From the NCBI GenBank assembly GCA_964016885.1, contig OZ024743.1, forward strand, positions 278,690,001 to 278,754,000: a stretch of DNA of 64,000 bases. The letters run 5' to 3'. The position numbers and the translations under genes were made by a program. Under the pieces are notes generated by a model. It did not search any database, was not told the origin of the DNA, and saw only the letters and a program-made list of their open reading frames with translations. This document shows positions 56,533 through 64,000 of this stretch, piece after piece. The DNA comes from Eledone cirrhosa (Eukaryota). The stretch's first letter is position 1; each line of letters opens with the position of its first letter.

Positions 56533-56780
56533 TATATATTGGTAAACGGAATAGAAAATGCTGACAAATTGTACACAGTTGAAAAATGGTTTAATTAGGA
56601 ATAAAAGAGTATTAGTGATTGTATGGGTTAGTATTCAGTTGTGGTTTTAAGTTTTAAGTTTTAAGTTTTAACTTAAAACCACAACTGAATACTAACCCAT
56701 ACAATCACTAATACTCTTTTATTCCTAATTAAACCATTTTTCAACTGTGAACAATTTGTCAGCATTTTCTATTCCGTTTA

Positions 56781-56790
<10 letters not shown>
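56533..56790. repeat. ~260-bp near-perfect palindrome centred on (GTTTTAA)n
   Basis: Arms are reverse complements with about one mismatch. Confidence 0.92.
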
Positions 56791-56844
<54 letters not shown>

Positions 56845-56918
56845 CTAAGACAAAGCATATATATCTGCTGGCAGAGGTATGCATCTGTATACATATGTCG
56901 GTAGATATATTAATTCTT

Positions 56919-57268
<350 letters not shown>

Positions 57269-58339
57269 GTATTTTCACAGCGAGATTAACTATGTTTATT
57301 AAGCGTTTTGATGTATGTATGTGTGGTTCTGTGTCTATATGTTTGTGTGGTTGTATGCGCGCTTGTGTGCATATGTGTATGTTGGTGCGTTAGGGAGTGA
57401 AATAGCGTAAGTATATAGAGAGGTTCTCATGCTACGATCGTTATAGCTGTGGAAGCACGCCATTGAAATAAAATACTATTGTTAGCCCAAGTGTACTGCT
57501 GGTATATGTTTTAGAGGTTAATAAAGGTCACAGCCAAGAAAACCCCACTTACAATATTGTATCTAGACATCTCTTTTACATAGATATATTTCTGTTTGCT
57601 TTTCGTTCCGTGAGAGTTGTCATGGATACGTGTGCATGACCTTTTCATATTAGAGTTTAAAACCCCTGTTATCATTTGCATACATTTGAAGCAGGACTCT
57701 TGAGTATTGGTATACATATGGTGAGCTTTACGCATATAAACTTTAACACATACGCATATGAAATTAAATACACATATAGTTACTCATAGACAGATAGTAT
57801 TACACACACATAGATATATATGCCCGTGTGTGCTCGAGTGTGTGTGAGTGTGTGTGTGTGTATGTGCGTGTATATGTATGTGTGTGTGTGTGTATGTATG
57901 TGTGTGTGTATGTATGTATGTGTGTGTGGCGTGTATCATTTATCACTCTAACAATCACACACACACCATGAGATCCCTGTGTAGTAGGTTGATTTGGTAG
58001 CAATAGTAGCGAAACAGCCTTCAGATCATAATCTAGCGTCTTAGAAAGAAAATGACAAATTGGATAATCTAGTCTTAGATACACTATTCCTCAAACCAAG
58101 ACAATCCGGTCATGGATAGGAAGCTTTAGTTCAGTCATGGGCATCTTACAACCCGTGAAGCTTTCTGAATGGCACGCATAAGTCACCTAAGTGAAATCTT
58201 CCTGATTATTTTTACCCCAACTTTTCAGTCGTAATTTATCTTGCTATCATTTTTACGACCGAGGAAAACAACGTCTACGAATTCTGAAGAAACAAATAAA
58301 AAAACCTGAGATACCACCCTTTTTTTCATGTGGGCACGA

Positions 58340-58421
58340 ATGTAAATTAGCGGTTGCGGCCCGCCTGATGATGAGTCACACCTCATCCGGCCCGCTTCTC
58401 GAAAAAGGTTGCCCATGCCTG
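58340..58421. mobile_element. hAT-like transposon end fragment
   Basis: gcggcccg and cggcccg subterminal motifs, then aggttgcccatgcctg (TIR CAGGCATGGGCAA). No partner end found. Confidence 0.5.
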
Positions 58422-58463
58422 CTTTAGTTCATAGGTGTAGTCGACGAGAGATAACGTGGGAAG

Positions 58464-58574
<111 letters not shown>

Positions 58575-58740
58575 ATGTAAGCTAAGAAGGGAGCTGCGGC
58601 CGGAATAGTTTGAACATACGTAGAATATATAAATAGTATATACGATTTACATTATGAAAAGTTTACCTTTTTATAATGCAGTATATGGGGGATATTTAAC
58701 TGCACTTTCTATTAATTTAACCATTTGGCTATGGTTATCA

Positions 58741-59790
58741 TCTACTTATATATATATAACCAGCAATTTCTCTGTCTGTCTGTCCGACAGTGGAAACACG
58801 TGCGTAGAGAGAGAGTGAGAGTGAAAGAAAGAGACAGACTACGAGAGCGCGATAGCGAGAGGGAGAGAGGGAGAGAGAGAGAGTGAATAGACGCTAAAAC
58901 ACGTGCCACAGAAACATTACATTCCCCTCTCCACTGACTTTGGTCACTGAGGCCGAGGGAATCGCTGGTTGCTATAGAGACATATTGTACAAGCCAGAAG
59001 TAACCAGTTCGAGGCGGTTCTGACTTGACACCATGCGAAGACGGTTGCCATTGAATTTGTGGTTTGAAGAAGGTTGCCATTGAATTTGTGGTTGTTGCTG
59101 CTGATAATAAGGACCATTTGAAGAAGGTTGCCATTGAATTTGTGGTTGTTGCTGCTGATAATAAGGACCATTTGAAGAAGGTTGCCATTGAATTTGTGGT
59201 TGTTGCTGCTGATAATAAGGACCATTTGAAGAAGGTTGCTGCTGATGAGGTTATTTATTAATCAGATTGCGCAGTTCCATAACCTGCGTTTGATTTGTTC
59301 AATTTTTTCTTCAGTTTTTGTTGTTGTTTATTTTTATTTCTTATTGAAAAAATATAAATAATAAAATAAGGTTAGAAATTTAAATTCAATTGAATACGAT
59401 TTAATTACCATTTCCAGCAGCCAAGGTCCAGTGTTCAATTTCATGAAAAAATTGGAAATAATTCAAAAAATTGAAGTTTAACTTTTGAACATTTGTTTTG
59501 ACAATAAAAAAATATTTCCTTATTCACACCTAATGGTATGATTAAAATTTCATAGGAATATTTTTTTCTAACTGCCAGTTATTTATTTTCTCCTTTTTCG
59601 TTTTAACATATATTTATTTCAAAAATTTCACCGTATAGATAACATATATATATTTATACATGCATAAAAGACACACCGAGAGACAGTGAACATGTGGTGC
59701 CGAAAACATTTCTCATCCAAATCTCAACAATATCAGTATATACACTAGATTTGCAAGCAGAAAACCGCCCAGTGGGTGGTTTTCTGCTAG
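58741..59790 (+). mobile_element. Non-autonomous Helitron-like element
   Basis: A|TCtacttatatatata..(ctgt)n start, a 16-bp hairpin at 59756-59788 and a CTAG end. Internal 54-bp repeat x3 at about 59066-59240. Confidence 0.65.
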
Positions 59791-60934
59791 TCTATATATA
59801 TATAAAACTGAGGATGTCTGTCTGTGTGTGCGTGAGTTTGAATCCCAAAATCTCGAGAAGCACCCAACCGACTGTTTTCAAACTTTACACATGTAATACT
59901 TATGTTTCAGGAAGTGTTCTGAGCAAAAGGAATTTCAAATTTTCAATGCCCTAGGGACCGCATTAGGCGATTTAGCGATCTCTCTCTATCATTCTTAGTT
60001 TTTCTCTTTTTAGATAGATACATACATATAACAACGCGCCCTTATAATATCTTTCTGTATGTGTGGCTATCTGCTGCCTCCGTTTTAAGCCACAGTGTTG
60101 CTTACTTACGTACCACCAGACCCTTACTTCTTTGCCAGCCGTGGTTGTGGCAATACTAAGCTTAGCTAAGGCGGTTATATATTTCACACAACACTAAAAA
60201 TTAAAGCCGGTAAAGAAAAACATAGCTATAATAGCTTCAGTTTTCAGTGTTGCTTACTTACGTGCCTTTACGAGAACAAAAGTTCTCCACGTGGAAGGAG
60301 AAGCATACCTAATACTAATTGCATCAGAGTATTCGGTTTATTTTCTTTACATATTGTCTAGGTATTCAGTTTTCTCACGATTAGGTCTGTTGGCGTCCCG
60401 CGTTATGTTTCAGTGAGTGTTATGCACATAACAAATTCAACTTTTTGATCCCCTAGTGCCCGCATTAGGTGAAAAAGTGCGTTTTTTTTCAGTTTGTAGG
60501 GATATTTTGAGGCGTTACGTCAGACAGATTTCCTTGAAATTGTAACTATGTATTAATCAGTCTCTTCTTCATAACGGGAGCAAAGAAAATCCAACTTTTT
60601 TTACGGCCTAGGTCCGGAATTAGGTGAAAAACTTCATTTTTCAGCTTTTTAGGGCTTTTAATAGGCGTTACGTCTAGCCGATTTTCCCGAAATTTCAAGG
60701 CATATTATGCTCATAAAAATATTCATTTTCTTGATCCCCTAGAACCCGAATTAGGTGAAAACCTGAATTTTTCCTGCTTCATCGAGGAAAATCTTAAAGA
60801 TAACCCAGCCATCAGAGTATTCGGTTTATTTTCTTTACATATTGTCGAGGCATGCAGTTTTTCCACGAATAGGTCAGTTGGTGGCCCGCGTTCCAAAATA
60901 CCTTATCCCGTGCAACGCCGGGTACCACTGCCAG
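59791..60934 (+). mobile_element. Second non-autonomous Helitron-like element abutting the first
   Basis: TCtatatatatataaaa..(tctg)n start. 3' cccgtgcaacgccggg hairpin, then CCAG|T. Internal repeated ccctag..attaggtgaaaa motifs. Confidence 0.72.
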
Positions 60935-62420
60935 TTAATAATATATTTCATGTAACTATATGTTGTCTGTCCTTCAAAGTCACATGTACTGGGTGCTTAG
61001 TTGCTGCTGATTTTATAGTCATTGTTGCTGTTGTCTTTGTTGATGTTGTTTTGACCTAGACTATCCGTGATCCTTTAGACCCTTGAGCATTGTATTTATT
61101 TGCATACCAATGAAATATACTGTTCAATGTAACCCTCAATTTTGTTCACATAGCAAGGAGAGATATTCGGGAGTTATTCCTAGAAAGTTGGGTAATTTTA
61201 GATGTGTTGAGGATTAAGCTATAAAAAGCTTGAACGCGTTGTTAAAATATTTAAAACACAATACGCCTTTAAATTATGTTGAAGCCTCGGCGGATTGTGA
61301 TTCCTTAAGAGATAGCTTGTTTAATTTATGTCTCAATTTCGCTCAAAGTACTTAGAGTCCTACTCTTGCCAAGATTCAACTTCGTGATTTCGTTAAGTCA
61401 AAACCCATGTTGTATATTTCCATATTCTCTAAACATAAATCAATAATGAGTTTTGTGATTCATTAAGAGTCATTGAAACGTATAATATTGTATGGATCCT
61501 GCCAACACTTCATAGATATATGTACCAATAAAATACTATGAGATTGTTGTGAATAAGAAAAGTCGTTGGAGGATTACTTAAATACCTTGCTGCATTGGTT
61601 CGACACTAGGCGCCTAGAGGACAAATCCATAATCGCTCCATTTGTGTTGTAACATTGGCCTTGAGCCTACCATTCACAACATGACATTTTTCCTCCAGAA
61701 ACAAAGAAGGATTAAATGAAAAGACTGCACCGAAAAAAGATGAACCCATTATGCCAACTGCTATGAAGGCAAACGCCTTAGTTGTTGGGGGGTTTGGCTT
61801 TTGATCGTAATGATAACAGTTCCATACTTTGAGTAGGTAGCCCATTGAGTTCTTGAGCTAGTTAATTTATTTCCAGTCAACACAGCTGAAAATGTATACC
61901 ACCAGCAATGGACTGGTATCCTGTCCAGAAGTGAATCTTATATTCGTAGTCACTTAATGTTAATGAAACGGGATGAGCCCCCGGGCTTGGGAGAAACGTT
62001 AACAATTTTTTCTGCCGCTGCAACGACCAAAAAGTGGACAAATGTGAATTACAGCACAGAAACGATAAAGCAAAACAAGAAATACTAACATTTTATGAAC
62101 GTTTGAATCAATCATTTATAAACGCTTAGTAGAGCTAAAACTTTTCATCAACTTAGAGGAAGAAGAAAAAATCGATACCATATATGTGTGATAACAAATA
62201 TTCAGGTATCACTTTTTTAATTATGTTCCAGACAAGCGGATTCAACTGTCAACTATCAACTATCAAAGTCAGTCCTATAACGAAACGCACTTATTTGATA
62301 AGTCGATAGATAATACAGTTACGACTGGTTGCGTAAGCTCCATGTTTAAAGATATGTGTGTGTGTGTGTGTGTAGGAGAATGTGTTTGGCAGTGTTTATA
62401 TATATATATATATATATATA

Positions 62421-63030
62421 CATGGTGGCTGCCAACTCGTTTTCGAGTACGGCCAATACTTTATATCAATGTAGGAGAACCCCTACCGATGCGCTGAACG
62501 AGTGTGATTTTTAGTCCAGCCATCAACTTGAAAACTCTGGTACAAACACTACACTTGTGACAATTATTGACATATAGTGCTGGGCCCATGGTACCATGTG
62601 ATGACAAGTGCAGAGAGATCTCCAGATATAAAGCAATGCCTGTGCCGTGAAGCTTTTATAGTGAGCAAAGGCACTGCACAAAGCCAGTCCCACTCTCTTA
62701 ACCAAGATGATATTTACCAAAAAGAAGAACAAGTCAACATCATTGGATACCATCAGAGTTGCAGGTGTTATATCAGAGTCTTCCTTCTCCTAGAATTCTG
62801 CCTTGACAAAGGCTAAGGGGTCATCTCTCCCGGTGATTTTGGATTGCCATTGACTCTTAAGAGCCTCTTTGCCCTTTGACAGGTTTTGTTTTTAGTCCGG
62901 CAGGACGTCCAAAGTCACCCTCCTCACCAAGAACCCTTGGTGGGGTTGCCAGTTTAGTCGCCATCGACCCGACCATGAAACAGGTTGTACTGGGATACAT
63001 GTTACCAGTAGCACCAACTGGTGACCTGAC
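62421..63030 (-). repeat. Longer inverted copy of the 47565 repeat family
   Basis: 62421-62753 is the reverse complement of 47565-47897. An additional GC-richer segment runs to 63030. Confidence 0.75.
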
Positions 63031-63230
63031 ATATACATACATACATACATACATACATACATACATGCATACATACATACATACATACATACATACATAC
63101 ATACATACATACATACATTCATATATACACGCGAACATACATACATGCATATATACATACATATTATTATATATATATATATACATATACACACACACAC
63201 ATATATATATATTTATATATATATATACAT

Positions 63231-63279
<49 letters not shown>

Positions 63280-63653
63280 AATTTATATCTAGTAACATTT
63301 ATATACACATATATATATATATCACTTTATGCGTATGTGTCTGTGTATTTTATTATGTATATATGACCGTATATATTAATGTATCATGTTGCATACGTAG
63401 ATGAATTGTATGCACATACCTATGTCTTCGTACGTATATAGTGATATATATATACTATAAATATTTCTTTTCTGTCTGCTCAGTTTTCCTGCAAGATATG
63501 ATCATCGATATGTAAATAGATAATATCTGTTTTTAGATTTGTATTAGTTTGCATACGTGTGATCCTATCTATCTTTCTATCTACCAAAATCTTTACCTAA
63601 CCCTCGCTCTCTCTCTTTCTCTCTTTCACTCTCTATATATATATATATACATA

Positions 63654-63779
<126 letters not shown>

Positions 63780-63909
63780 TATATATATATATATATATAG
63801 TAATAAGAATATTTATATATATGTTTGATATAACTATGAATATAAATATGTAAGTACTAACCGGTTACCTAAATGAGTCTGGTTTTAGTTACATGTTTCG
63901 ACATTCCTT

Positions 63910-63958
63910 ATGCTCCGATGAAGCCTGACTTCCTTCTGGAAGAAACAATTGTCAGCAA
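63910..63958 (+). ncRNA. Minimal hammerhead motif with CCGAUGA core
   Basis: UGCU CCGAUGA agccugacuuccuucugga a GAAA CAAUUG UC AGCA, then AAUAAA. Stem II is weak. Confidence 0.58.
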
Positions 63959-64000
63959 ATAAATGTTCTGAACTAAAATTTGATCGTTTTAACACTTTGT

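Noticed and set aside
59066-59240. 54-bp and 45-bp tandem repeats as CRISPR-like arrays
   Set aside because: The units are contiguous with no unique spacers, the context is eukaryotic and there are no cas genes.
61690-61805. Possible host exon after tttttcctccag
   Set aside because: The short open frame has no recognisable domain and no convincing GT donor.

Overview
AT-rich, microsatellite-saturated eukaryotic DNA. It is probably octopod, inferred from repeated OK-type tRNA-derived SINEs. I could not support any host protein-coding gene, and almost all ORF-track entries are translated (TA)n/(CA)n/(TC)n/(TATG)n tracts. The window is a transposon graveyard. It holds a near full-length decayed Tx1/L1-clade LINE with a second 3' end in tandem, a decayed IR/DR Tc1 transposon, a Naiad-like Penelope element (RT + GIY-YIG), RTE fragments, two abutting Helitron-like elements and about 10 SINE copies. 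The most striking hidden structure is about 15 type-I hammerhead-ribozyme (HHR) motifs, intact or decayed, from many unrelated families. Most have palindromic minimal stem III and sit in short fold-back (inverted-duplicate) elements inserted in (TA)n. Three unrelated ones share a CCGANGA core, and one family appears to fold back exactly on the ribozyme's stem II. HHRs on Penelope-like elements are established; the density, the variant core and the fold-back geometry are what deserve checking. All pairings were read by eye and coordinates may be off by a few bases.
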